Source of the DNA: a virus
DNA length: 64,000 nt
Strand: one strand, 5' to 3'
IMG/VR virus record: IMGVR_UViG_3300049432_000151
Location: 1 to 64,000 of that record
In this document: positions 1 through 8,554 of the stretch, piece by piece
How positions within the stretch are numbered: the first letter of the stretch is position 1
Layout: each line of letters opens with the position of its first letter
Translations under genes and position numbers: made by a program
The notes under the pieces: generated by a model
The model's database searches: none
The model's input: only the letters and a program-made list of their open reading frames with translations
What the model was told of the DNA's origin: nothing

Positions 1-255
1 CACCTTCACACCGCTGAGTCGTGGCCAGCAAGCGCGGACCGCTTCCCGCTGTTTCGCGAATCGTGCGGCGCGCGCCTTCCACCCGTCACGAGTGTTCATC
101 TCTGGCTCGATCGCTATCGGCACAGTGAACTCGATACGAGCAGCGTCGCACCTCAGCACCTGCGGAGCGAGCGTACGGATCAGCCTCCGCTGTCGCCGCT
201 TCGGCCGACCGTTCACGAGGTGTTGATAGTCGGCTGCTGACACGCGTTCGCTCAT
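1..255 (-). CDS. Partial CDS, possible RusA-like Holliday junction resolvase N-terminus
   Basis: Manual translation from ATG 255: MSERVSAADYQ...IEFTVPIAIEPEMNTRDGWKARAARFAKQREAV, open to the window edge; ATGA overlap with the upstream gene. Confidence 0.45.
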   Translation of the reverse strand, partial: MSERVSAADYQHLVNGRPKRRQRRLIRTLAPQVLRCDAARIEFTVPIAIEPEMNTRDGWKARAARFAKQREAVRACWPRLSGVKV

Positions 256-560
256 CCCTGTGCCGCCCGTTCTTGTGACCACGTCCGCATAGATCCGCCT
301 GGCGCCCACCGCAGTCGGTGCTCGCAGGACTTGCAGCGCGTCGACTTCAGCGTGACCGGAGCGCCGCAGTCGCTGCACGGTTTCTGGCCTTCAGGCAGCA
401 GAGCGATCCTCCGCTCCAGCGCCTTCATCTCAGCGGTCTTCGCCTCCATCCGCGCTGTCAGTATCGTGAGCTCGGCAGACGTGTCAGCGACGCGCGCTTT
501 GTACGCTTCAACCTCTTCGCGGACGAGCTTCAGCCGCTCGACGACGGTCACCGTGACCAC
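252..560 (-). CDS. Coiled-coil protein with C-terminal zinc ribbon
   Basis: CSDC...CKSC after a heptad-rich helix; lies in the operon. Confidence 0.6.
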   Translation of the reverse strand: MVTVTVVERLKLVREEVEAYKARVADTSAELTILTARMEAKTAEMKALERRIALLPEGQKPCSDCGAPVTLKSTRCKSCEHRLRWAPGGSMRTWSQERAAQG

Positions 561-808
561 CTCGACTTCGGTCCGCGCGTCGCCATCGCCGCGCGGTGTT
601 GCGTCAGCGGCCGCAGCTTGTTGTGCAGTGTGTTCCGGTGCACTCCGAGCTTCTTCGACGCCTGTGTGACGTTGCCGTTCGACTTTGCGAGCGCGGTCTT
701 GACGTAGCGTTCCTCGATCGCATCCATCAGCTGCGGCAGCGTGATGCCGCTCGAAAGGAGTTCGTCGACCAGCGACTGCAGCTGAGCGTCGATGTTCGGC
801 TCAGTCAT
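548..808 (-). CDS. Fis-family helix-turn-helix protein
   Basis: IEERYVKTALAKSNGNVTQASKKLGVHRNTLHNKL is a typical Fis/NtrC C-terminal HTH. Confidence 0.88.
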   Translation of the reverse strand: MTEPNIDAQLQSLVDELLSSGITLPQLMDAIEERYVKTALAKSNGNVTQASKKLGVHRNTLHNKLRPLTQHRAAMATRGPKSRWSR

Positions 809-1632
809 GCCGCCTCCATCGGAAGCGCCAGCGTCAGTTCAGACAACCGGCGCCGGATCGGATCCGCTAACTCCTCGCCCGGGAATCGATCGCAAAGCGC
901 ATCGAGATCGAAGTTGCTCGTCACGATCGTCCAGTCGCCCTTCCGCGCATTTCGGTACCGGCCGTCGAGAATCTCGAAGATGACGCCGGCGGCGTGCTCG
1001 CTTGCCTTCTCTTTCCCGAGGTCGTCGAGGACAAGCATCCGAGCTGCGACGCACTTCGACACGATCGCGTCGCGGGACTCTGCGTCGTTCGAGCGGTAGC
1101 TCGCGTGAACCTCGGACATCAGGTCCGGCACAAACACGTAGCGCCCCGTCGCACCCGCGACAATCCGATCAGCGAGGTACGCCGCGGCGACGGACGTCTT
1201 GAACGAGCCAGCCGGGCCCCACAGGAAGAGCCCGCGAGCTCCGTCGCCGAGAAGGTCGCAGGATGTTACGGCCTGACGCGCCACGGTCGGCAGGTGCTGG
1301 AGTGCGCGCGATCGGATGCGGTAGTCGATGGGCAAACCGCTGTGCCGCAGACGATTCCGGAGCTGCTCTTCCGAGTCGCGCGCTTCGCGCTTTGCGATCT
1401 CTGCGGCGACGGTCATGTCGCAGTCAGCGCACTGGATCATCCGGTCCTCCGGTAGTTCCACTCGACACCGGATGCACGCCCCGGTTCGCGAGAACGTCGG
1501 CAGCGGAACGGTGCTCGAAACGCTTTCGACCGCTGCCGCTCTGCGCGCTTCGTCCTGAATCTGGCGCAGCCGTTCGTGCATCAGCTCGGTCGGCTGTTCC
1601 TTTGGCTCCGCTACTACTTGGGCTTCTTCCAT
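805..1632 (-). CDS. DnaC/IstB-like helicase loader ATPase
   Basis: Walker A GPAGSFKT, Walker B LVLDDLGKE, TIVTSN, N-terminal CxxC..CxxC. Start uncertain (1632 or 1581). Confidence 0.88.
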   Translation of the reverse strand: MEEAQVVAEPKEQPTELMHERLRQIQDEARRAAAVESVSSTVPLPTFSRTGACIRCRVELPEDRMIQCADCDMTVAAEIAKREARDSEEQLRNRLRHSGLPIDYRIRSRALQHLPTVARQAVTSCDLLGDGARGLFLWGPAGSFKTSVAAAYLADRIVAGATGRYVFVPDLMSEVHASYRSNDAESRDAIVSKCVAARMLVLDDLGKEKASEHAAGVIFEILDGRYRNARKGDWTIVTSNFDLDALCDRFPGEELADPIRRRLSELTLALPMEAA

Positions 1633-2287
1633 TGCCTCGGCTCCACTTCGCAGAATTGCGAATCCACGTGCGCAGCGCTGCATCCCAGTCCTTGAATGAC
1701 GACCCTTTTGCCGTGTGGTGATCCACGAACGCTCCAACCTCTTCCTCGAAGTCGAGCATCGGAAACTTCTCAGCGGTCCATCGCTTCACTGAGTCACCTG
1801 GACTGAAGGAACCCGCATTCGCGCCCGCGCGCGGTTTATTGGACTTGTCTTCTTCTTCTCTTCTCTTCTCTTCTCTTCTAGGGGAAAGCGCGGGAGAATC
1901 CGGCGCTTTCCCGCAGCCGAGAGCCGAGACCACCTGAACGGCGGAGAGCGGCGCACCGCTCACCGCGGGGTAGCGACTCTCGGTGCGACGATCGATCCGC
2001 TGGTGCTCGTCATGCTTCGCGACCTGAAGGAGCACGCGGTCGTCTGCGATGTACGCGATGACGACACCAACGCTGACCATCTCTGCAACCGCGGTGGCGA
2101 AATCGGCGAGCTTTCGTTTCGAGAGCGGCTTCGTCTTGGCCTTGAGGACGGCCGGCGCCGCCTCAATGCGGCCGAAGTCGTCAACGTGAATGACGATGCG
2201 GTCGAACAGAAGCTGAGCCCACTCTGACATCCACTCGATCGATTCCGAGTAGCTGATGCTTTGGCTCAGCAGTCGACCTCTCGGCAT
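1424..2287 (-). CDS. Phage replication initiator (replisome organiser)
   Basis: N-terminal ...VDDFGRIEA winged-helix-type region, low-complexity RREEKRREEE linker, C-terminal KDWDAALRTWIRN motif; directly upstream of the DnaC-like gene. Confidence 0.78.
   Translation of the reverse strand: MPRGRLLSQSISYSESIEWMSEWAQLLFDRIVIHVDDFGRIEAAPAVLKAKTKPLSKRKLADFATAVAEMVSVGVVIAYIADDRVLLQVAKHDEHQRIDRRTESRYPAVSGAPLSAVQVVSALGCGKAPDSPALSPRREEKRREEEDKSNKPRAGANAGSFSPGDSVKRWTAEKFPMLDFEEEVGAFVDHHTAKGSSFKDWDAALRTWIRNSAKWSRGNGRSPSSSGAKGTADRADARTAAPDSGRSAQSGSGRKRFEHRSAADVLANRGVHPVSSGTTGGPDDPVR
1851..1880. repeat. (TTCTC)n tract inside the initiator gene, possibly in the origin region
   Basis: tcttcttctcttctcttctcttctcttcta; encodes RREEKRREEE. 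Confidence 0.5.
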
Positions 2288-3102
2288 CAGTTTTCCTTCC
2301 GTGTGACGTCGTCGGTAGCGGTGACTGCAGAAATGAGTTCATTCGCGCACCGAAGTGGGTCCGCGTGAATCTCTGACCCGGCAAAACGAATAGGCGTGTA
2401 GCCGAGTGATACGAGCATTCGGTCACGAGACCTGTCGGACGCGAATTTCGCTCGATCGCTGTGGTAATCGAAGCCGTCGCACTCGACGACCCACAGCCGG
2501 TCACTCCGCTGCGAATACACCACCGAGTCGGGACGGATGTGCTCATCTGTGAACGCGGGCTGAACAGCGACATGGATGCCGTAGCGACCACCGAGCACGA
2601 CATCGCTCAGGTAGTCTTTGGCGGCCGATCGCGCTTCGGTATCAGACTGACGAGCCGCCTCGCGCATAAGTTCGTCGTGATCGGGAAGTTGAAGAAACTC
2701 CTCGAGAGTCCTTTCCCATCTCCGCAGATCAGCGTGGTGGGCGCGTATCATCGTGCTGTTGCTCGGGCTGTGAAGTTGGCAGCCGAAAGGACCCAGTCGC
2801 CACACGCCGAGGGCGACAACGGAAAGGAAGAATGCGCGCTCGATCGGCGACTCGCAATGATCGAACACGCGGTCAACCAGGGCGCTATAACGCGTGTGCA
2901 GCGCACTCGCATACACCGCGGCCGAACTGGCGAGATCTGCCGCGGCGAACCACCTCTTTGCAGTCTGGTCAACGAAGTATCCGATGACTCGCCCTGCGGC
3001 CTGGCGATCATCGGAAGCACTGCGGATCATTTGTGCCGAATCCTGCGGAAACGATGGGTGACTGGGTCGCATGAGTCCTCCTATGGCGATTGTGCTCGTC
3101 AC
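2287..3102 (-). CDS. DUF559/Vsr-like endonuclease domain protein
   Basis: ESPIE..., RPD, VVECDGFDYH, DRSRDRML..GY..IRF motifs. Confidence 0.8.
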   Translation of the reverse strand: MTSTIAIGGLMRPSHPSFPQDSAQMIRSASDDRQAAGRVIGYFVDQTAKRWFAAADLASSAAVYASALHTRYSALVDRVFDHCESPIERAFFLSVVALGVWRLGPFGCQLHSPSNSTMIRAHHADLRRWERTLEEFLQLPDHDELMREAARQSDTEARSAAKDYLSDVVLGGRYGIHVAVQPAFTDEHIRPDSVVYSQRSDRLWVVECDGFDYHSDRAKFASDRSRDRMLVSLGYTPIRFAGSEIHADPLRCANELISAVTATDDVTRKEN

Positions 3103-3286
3103 TGGGCTCCCTCCTCTACAACCGGCAGTGAAGACGCAGCGCCGCTCTCCCGGAAGGTGTCGGCGCCGCGGGTCTCACGGTCTCCCGGGACGCGTGAGGA
3201 CCTGCCTTTCTCACTGGCGCCTCTTTGCACCGGAAGATGGAAGAGAGGGAGCTTCATGCGAACCTCCGGGAGTAGAATCCGCGGCC

Positions 3287-3658
3287 ATGCCGACGCCGCC
3301 GCGTACTGTCCTCGTAGAGCGCCTCCGAAGTTACGCCGACGACCTGACGGCGACCACTCAGCTCTGGGCTGCCGACGAGAGTGTCTCCGACACGCTGGCT
3401 GACACCGCGGGCGTCGCAAAATCGGCGAACAACCTCGGCGACGTGATCGAGAAACAATCGTTCGAGCACGTTGAGCCGATAACGGCGAACTACGTCGTCG
3501 ACTTCAACGCATCGATGAAGAAAATCGCGCAGAGCGCACCCAACGAAGAGCTGAAGGCTCAGCTGCTGGCGACGGTCGCAATGATGACGGCCTTCGTCGG
3601 AACGGAGCACGTCAGACTTACAGACGACGGATGGGAATTCGTCTCCGCTGATACGTAG
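3287..3658 (+). CDS. Hypothetical protein (moron inserted against the operon direction)
   Basis: ATG 3287 preceded by TAGAAT at 3273-3278; fills the gap between minus-strand genes. Confidence 0.6.
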   Translation: MPTPPRTVLVERLRSYADDLTATTQLWAADESVSDTLADTAGVAKSANNLGDVIEKQSFEHVEPITANYVVDFNASMKKIAQSAPNEELKAQLLATVAMMTAFVGTEHVRLTDDGWEFVSADT

Positions 3659-3663
3659 ACGCC

Positions 3664-4404
3664 TCACGCGGCCACCTCGCCGAAGAGCGACCGCTGCGTC
3701 GGCATCCGCTCAATCCAGTCAGCGAATCGCGCCGCCTCGCGCCAGTCGTTTGCACTGCGACCGTTCTTCCGGGCGTTGAAGCTCCACGCCATTGAGTCTG
3801 CGGAGTGAAGGCAGTCGCGCACCGTCTGGCTGGCAAGCGCCGTCATTTTCAGGCCGAAGCCGTGAAGCCGAAGATCAGGACGCAGCGTTCTGATTGCGAG
3901 GAGGATCGATTCGATCTCGCGAACGTTCGCGTTGCGCTTGCAGACTGATCCGACGCCGACCCACGTCCCAGGCGTGAGCCGCGACCCATACGCACGCAGA
4001 TGCAGAACGTAATCGTCGATCGTGTAGCCCTGCAGCACCGGCATCACATGAATGTCGAATCGGACAGCCGCGCGCATTGCGTCGTACCTCTCGATCGTCA
4101 GTCGCTGATGCTCGAGCACCGATAGTCCTGTCTTGGCCACGATCCACGGTTCGCACATGTAGTCCTGCGAAACCGCCGCGAGCATGCGACCACACCTGGC
4201 CCAGCGGTGAACCTGCTCCACGTACTCCTCCACGGACGCGCGATACCGCCCGTGAGTTGCGATTTCGCTGAACGCACCGGAGTCCATGATCCAGTCGCCG
4301 ACCGAGAAATCGGATCGCCGAGAGCGCAGACGGCTGACGCTGACGAACGAACGGCCGAAATGTCTCGCGTCCGAAGGTTGATGGAGGCCGACGAAGAACT
4401 TCAC
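3664..4404 (-). CDS. dpdA: DpdA-like DNA-guanine transglycosylase (TGT fold, 7-deazaguanine insertion)
   Basis: IMDSGAF, QDYMCEP, MPVLQG, VGVGSVCKR, LHGFG, SADSMAW: TGT/DpdA-type motifs in a phage context. Confidence 0.75.
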   Translation of the reverse strand: MKFFVGLHQPSDARHFGRSFVSVSRLRSRRSDFSVGDWIMDSGAFSEIATHGRYRASVEEYVEQVHRWARCGRMLAAVSQDYMCEPWIVAKTGLSVLEHQRLTIERYDAMRAAVRFDIHVMPVLQGYTIDDYVLHLRAYGSRLTPGTWVGVGSVCKRNANVREIESILLAIRTLRPDLRLHGFGLKMTALASQTVRDCLHSADSMAWSFNARKNGRSANDWREAARFADWIERMPTQRSLFGEVAA

Positions 4405-4574
4405 GCCGCCACCCCCAATCGTCGAGCCTTGTACTCAAGCGCGCGCGCCGCGTAGCGGTTACGACTCGCCGCGTTGTTGCAGGCTCGGCAGCCTCCACGG
4501 TTGAGACGGTTAGCCTTCGTCATCCGGTGTAGACCGCCGATACAGATGACGAGACGGGGACGACCGCGTTTCAT
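4401..4574 (-). CDS. Small Cys/His protein (CxxGxH...CRAC)
   Basis: ATG 4574 overlaps the methyltransferase stop codon. Confidence 0.5.
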   Translation of the reverse strand: MKRGRPRLVICIGGLHRMTKANRLNRGGCRACNNAASRNRYAARALEYKARRLGVAA

Positions 4575-5806
4575 GCGATCACCTCGCCTCTCCGCACTCG
4601 GTTGATCCGCGCAAAGATCCATTCCGCGACAACTGGAACAATGGCGTTTCCGATACCGCGGTAGCGTGCGCCATCCGGCCCTTCGATGCAGATCGGACAC
4701 AAGTCCAGTGATCGGGGTAACCCTGCAGGCGTTCGCACTCCAGCGGCGTCAACCGTCGCACCGAGGACGAGGTTGACGGGGCCGATGCCAGCGCTTCCGG
4801 CGGAGTCGTAGGTGCGCCCAGCGTTGCTGAGGATCGGGCGCGCGACGATGTAGTTTTCGCGCGACTCGTCAAACTTGTCGTTGCCGCCTGCGGTGAGAGG
4901 TTTGGCGACGACGAGTCGATTTCCCGCCGCTTCATCGACGCTGTAGCTACGGCCGCCGGTTCGTACGTCGACGCTGCCGGCGACGAGGAGATTGTGATGC
5001 TCGTCGCCGGCAGGTCCGCTGCTGCCCTTCGCCCACTTCGCGCTGATCGCCTGCTGGACGATCGCATGGTCACACTGCTGGTCGAGTGTGAAGCAGACGC
5101 CGCTCTCGGAGACTCCGAGCCCGTTCTGCTTTCGCACGGCTCCTCGAGTTGCGTTCTGGATGACGAAGGGCGTGTTGAGATCGGTCGTTCGCTGACCGCC
5201 CTGAGTGTTGCTTCCAAGCGTGCCGGCAACTTCCGTCCCCGCTTCGCCGCCCGACGCAGGATCCCGATCGCTGCGCGCTGGCTCAAAAAGAACCGCAGCG
5301 GCACGTTCCCACTCTCCAGAGTGATGTCCGACAAGGAACACGCGCTCGCGTCGTTGGGCGACGCCGAAAAATTGAGCGTTGAGAATCCGGTACGCGACGC
5401 CGTACCCGCACTGGACCAGCGAATCGAGGACGATCGCCATGTCGCGTCCGCGGTTCGAGGAAAGTAGCCCAGGGACGTTCTCAAAAACGAACCACTCAGG
5501 CCGAGACGCCTGAAGTATTCGTACAAGCTGGAAGAAAAGCCCGCTCCGCGAAGCCGCAAGTCCTCCTCGACGCCCGGCGACGCTGAGGTCCTGACACGGG
5601 AAACCGCCGGTGAGGATGTTGATGTGGGGCAGGTCTCGAGAGTCGCGGATGTCTCGATCGAAGGTGAGTCCCGGGTTTCCGAGTCGAGCGGCGTAAACAG
5701 CCCGCGCTGCATCGTTGATCTCGGCTGCCCAGACGGTCGACCAGCCGACTCGGCGAGCTGCAAGTCCGAACCCGCCGATGCCGCAGAACGCGTCGCCATG
5801 CTTCAC
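4571..5806 (-). CDS. C5-cytosine DNA methyltransferase, alpha-type chain (motifs I-VIII and X)
   Basis: FCGIGG (I), GFPCQD (IV), FENVPG (VI), QRRERVF (VIII), RYRGIGNAI (X). Motif IX is absent from this frame. Confidence 0.93.
   Translation of the reverse strand: MKHGDAFCGIGGFGLAARRVGWSTVWAAEINDAARAVYAARLGNPGLTFDRDIRDSRDLPHINILTGGFPCQDLSVAGRRGGLAASRSGLFFQLVRILQASRPEWFVFENVPGLLSSNRGRDMAIVLDSLVQCGYGVAYRILNAQFFGVAQRRERVFLVGHHSGEWERAAAVLFEPARSDRDPASGGEAGTEVAGTLGSNTQGGQRTTDLNTPFVIQNATRGAVRKQNGLGVSESGVCFTLDQQCDHAIVQQAISAKWAKGSSGPAGDEHHNLLVAGSVDVRTGGRSYSVDEAAGNRLVVAKPLTAGGNDKFDESRENYIVARPILSNAGRTYDSAGSAGIGPVNLVLGATVDAAGVRTPAGLPRSLDLCPICIEGPDGARYRGIGNAIVPVVAEWIFARINRVRRGEVIA
4579..5712 (-). CDS. Overlapping-frame methyltransferase beta-type chain carrying motif IX
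   Basis: The alternative frame is open from 5799 to 4579 and contains FFLSQRAAIGILRRAAKRGRKLP and RRLTPLECERLQGYPDHWT. Likely start MQRGLF at 5712. Confidence 0.72.
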   Translation of the reverse strand: MQRGLFTPLDSETRDSPSIETSATLETCPTSTSSPAVSRVRTSASPGVEEDLRLRGAGFSSSLYEYFRRLGLSGSFLRTSLGYFPRTADATWRSSSIRWSSAGTASRTGFSTLNFSASPNDASACSLSDITLESGNVPLRFFLSQRAAIGILRRAAKRGRKLPARLEATLRAVSERPISTRPSSSRTQLEEPCESRTGSESPRAASASHSTSSVTMRSSSRRSARSGRRAAADLPATSITISSSPAASTYEPAAVATASMKRREIDSSSPNLSPQAATTSLTSRAKTTSSRARSSATLGAPTTPPEALASAPSTSSSVRRLTPLECERLQGYPDHWTCVRSASKGRMAHATAVSETPLFQLSRNGSLRGSTECGEAR

Positions 5807-5970
5807 GCCACCTCCGCGACTGGTGCGCAGGAGGGAATCGCGTCATTCGGCAGGCAATGGCAGTTCGGCACGCCACACCGCTGGCACTGCTCATCGCGGA
5901 ACACGCTCGGCTGCGTGCACCCAACGAAGGCATGCGGTTGAAGCTCAACAAGTTCTTCGGTCTGGTCCAT
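5803..5970 (-). CDS. 55-aa Cys-rich hypothetical protein
   Basis: Manual translation MDQTEELVELQPHAFVGCTQPSVFRDEQCQRCGVPNCHC...; GTGA overlap with the methyltransferase start. Confidence 0.5.
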   Translation of the reverse strand: MDQTEELVELQPHAFVGCTQPSVFRDEQCQRCGVPNCHCLPNDAIPSCAPVAEVA

Positions 5971-6012
5971 TCGAGGGAGCTGCCGACGTCGTCGGCAGCT
6001 CGGACGACGGGA

Positions 6013-6834
6013 TCAGAAGCTGACGACGACGAGCAATTCCTTGAGACCGGTGCGCTCCATCGCCTCGTGGAAGGACTTCATCTCGTCCATCACCGCCTGG
6101 TCAGCAATCGCATCGATGAGCGGCGCGAAGAGCGTGACGATCGGGATGCCTTCCTTCTCAGTGAGGTCCACCTCGACGGGGATCTCGTAAGTCGCCTCAC
6201 TGCCTCGCGCGTACTGCACCTTCACGGTGATCGAAGACGGCAGCGTGGTTTCGGTTGTGCCGCCCTTCAGCGACAGGTTCACGTTGTAGCCGTTGGTGCT
6301 GTCGCCGCTGTCGTTGAGGATTGGCTCCGACGTCATCCGAATGTCCTTCGACACGACGAGCCGGCGGAACGACGCCATGACGAGCGGGTAATCGACGATC
6401 GACGGCGAGAGCGTCTGCAGCGCCCGGATGAGATCCTTGTGGCTCATCGGCTTGCCGAGCGCTGTCTTCAGCGCGAGCCACTGCTGCGACAGAACACGCT
6501 TGTAGGTGAACAGGTGCCGGCGATCGTCATCGTCAGGCGAGTACGTCGCACCGACACCAGTGAAGGTGACCGTCTGCTTCGCACCGTCTGCACGCTTGAA
6601 GCGTTTCGCGTACTCCGCGACGAGCTCCGCGAAAGACTCGACGGTGGAGACCGCGCCTTCGAACTTCACGAAGCGATCGATCTCGGTGTACTTCTGGTCG
6701 CGGTCGTCGTAGAGGAAGACGCGCCCGTCGGCGAGCGTGATCGTGGCTTCGCGCTTCGCGGCTGTGGCCGTGTTCTGGATGTGGGCGATTGCCTGCGTGA
6801 GGTTTTCGTAACCCTCAATGTCTTCGGTCTGCAT
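6013..6834 (-). CDS. DUF2303/YfdQ-like phage protein
   Basis: STVESFAELVAEY, SQQWLAL...MSHKDL pattern, size, and pairing with the upstream small gene. Confidence 0.65.
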   Translation of the reverse strand: MQTEDIEGYENLTQAIAHIQNTATAAKREATITLADGRVFLYDDRDQKYTEIDRFVKFEGAVSTVESFAELVAEYAKRFKRADGAKQTVTFTGVGATYSPDDDDRRHLFTYKRVLSQQWLALKTALGKPMSHKDLIRALQTLSPSIVDYPLVMASFRRLVVSKDIRMTSEPILNDSGDSTNGYNVNLSLKGGTTETTLPSSITVKVQYARGSEATYEIPVEVDLTEKEGIPIVTLFAPLIDAIADQAVMDEMKSFHEAMERTGLKELLVVVSF

Positions 6835-6861
6835 CGTTGCTCCTGTGGCCGTGACGGCCCG

Positions 6862-7248
6862 TTACTTGGTGGTTGTGGCGGCGGGATCGGTGACGGGCTG
6901 CGGCTTCGTGCGGCCGCCAAACATGCCGGTCGGCTGCACGAAGTCCGGATCGTCCGTGAATAGCTCGCCGCGCTTCGTGCCGTAGAGGCGTACCGGCATC
7001 GGCTTCGGCTTGGGCAACTTCACGTCGACATCCGCGAAGATGTCGATCTGCCCCTCGTCCTCGGGGTTGAAGTCGATCTTGATCGTGAGCGACGCGCCTT
7101 TCGAGTGGCGTGACACCGCGGCGACGCACACCTGGACCGCGTTCTCGATCGTGTCTTTGAGAGTGGTAGTGGTCCCTTCGAAGCGGGTCTGGATCATCTG
7201 CTCCAGCAGTTCGAAGGTGATGGTCTGGGCTTCAGCTGTTTGCTGCAT
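6862..7248 (-). CDS. YfdP-like partner of DUF2303
   Basis: GASLTIKIDFNP...VDVKLPKPKP...LYGTKRGELFTDDP. Confidence 0.6.
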   Translation of the reverse strand: MQQTAEAQTITFELLEQMIQTRFEGTTTTLKDTIENAVQVCVAAVSRHSKGASLTIKIDFNPEDEGQIDIFADVDVKLPKPKPMPVRLYGTKRGELFTDDPDFVQPTGMFGGRTKPQPVTDPAATTTK

Positions 7249-7389
7249 GGCTCTCCTCTGCTGCTGGTGCAGCGACTCAGTTCCGTGGTTGTCGATCGGC
7301 CGATCGATCGCGACGCCCGTCCTTTGCAGCAGCCCGCGCTCCTCAGGAGACCGAGCACTCGCACCGGGCGGCGCGACTCATCTGCCGAG

Positions 7390-7863
7390 CTAGGTCTTCC
7401 TCATGCGCCCCTCCTTCGTGATCGTCATGCCGGCATGTGGATGTGACCGGCGATTCGAGATCGGATGCAGGCGGTACCGCTCACCGGAGAGCGAGCAGTT
7501 CCCGAAGTAGTCGAGCGAAACCGATTGGCCGCAGGACGAGCAGTCGCCGACTCTCTGGTAGCGACAGATCTCACCGAGATCGTGGATGTCTCCGCATCGC
7601 AGCCGGCATCGTTCGACGCGATGACGATCGACGATCGAAGCTACGAACACGCGACCGTCAAGCGGCTCGACTCCGTAGAAGTCGCGGAGGAAATCAATTG
7701 GCCAAGTGACCACTGAGCCGGCGAAGGAAAGGACGCTACGCAGCGTGGCGACCAGTGACGCTGCGTAGCGGACAACGGAATGATGACTCAGGAGGGGAAC
7801 TGCGTTGGCAGCCTGAGTGGAAGAACCGGTCGCCGCAGGTGTGCGGAAGTTGATTACGGTCAT
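7390..7863 (-). CDS. Hypothetical protein with Cys motifs
   Basis: ATG 7863 overlaps the ASCH stop codon. Confidence 0.5.
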   Translation of the reverse strand: MTVINFRTPAATGSSTQAANAVPLLSHHSVVRYAASLVATLRSVLSFAGSVVTWPIDFLRDFYGVEPLDGRVFVASIVDRHRVERCRLRCGDIHDLGEICRYQRVGDCSSCGQSVSLDYFGNCSLSGERYRLHPISNRRSHPHAGMTITKEGRMRKT

Positions 7864-8339
7864 ACGTCGAGCTCCTCTCGGATCTGCAGCTCGACCGCGT
7901 CGGGGAGACGCCAGAAGTTCAGCGCTCCGCGGCAACGGATCGGCGTCACGCGGCGGACGTTCTCGAACTTGAAAGCGAAGCGGCCTTCATCAAAGTTGCC
8001 GAACGCGAACTCCTCGGCGGAGATGATCACGCCGCGCTTGCGCGCTTCGCCGGCTGATCCGACACTGAAGAACTCTTCCGTCGGCCGGCACTCGGTCAAG
8101 TCAGCGATTGCGAGCACCGAACCGGCGACGTCGAACGGATGCAGAAATGGCAGGTTGCTGAGCGCTTCGCGGTACAGAGGGTGATCCGTGGAAATCCGCC
8201 GATCGTCGGCTGTGAATCCCTTCGCCGCATGAATCGCCAGCTGCCCGCGGAACTTCGCCGGCCAGCTGCGGGTCTCCCACTGCTTCGCGCCGATCGCGAC
8301 GAGCGACGCCCACGGCTGCGTGAGGGTGAGCGCCATCAT
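7860..8339 (-). CDS. ASCH domain protein
   Basis: ALTLTQPWASLVAIGAKQWETRSW, LAIHAAK, RGALNFW. Confidence 0.92.
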   Translation of the reverse strand: MMALTLTQPWASLVAIGAKQWETRSWPAKFRGQLAIHAAKGFTADDRRISTDHPLYREALSNLPFLHPFDVAGSVLAIADLTECRPTEEFFSVGSAGEARKRGVIISAEEFAFGNFDEGRFAFKFENVRRVTPIRCRGALNFWRLPDAVELQIREELDV

Positions 8340-8554
8340 CAGAAGGCCTCCTCTTCGCTCTCATCGCGGTCGTCCGGCAGTCCGAGTAGGACGGCGCCGC
8401 GGCCGCCAGGAGCCCACCAAGCGGCTTCAGCCGCGGCCTCACGTTCGATCTCTTGGCGCCGCAGGTCCGCCCGCTGCTCTGCGAGGTGGTCGCAGTACGT
8501 CGAGCCGCACTCCTCGCAGGGCTCTTCCGGCTCGTCGCGTTCGTACGTGCTCAT
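8339..8554 (-). CDS. Small acidic Cys protein
   Basis: ATGA-coupled; CEECGSTYCDH. Confidence 0.5.
   Translation of the reverse strand: MSTYERDEPEEPCEECGSTYCDHLAEQRADLRRQEIEREAAAEAAWWAPGGRGAVLLGLPDDRDESEEEAF

Noticed and set aside
2461-3402. 313-aa plus-strand ORF
   Set aside because: Antisense shadow of the DUF559 gene in GC-rich DNA; no motifs.
5857-6963. 368-aa plus-strand ORF
   Set aside because: Antisense to the DUF2303-like gene; composition typical of a shadow ORF.
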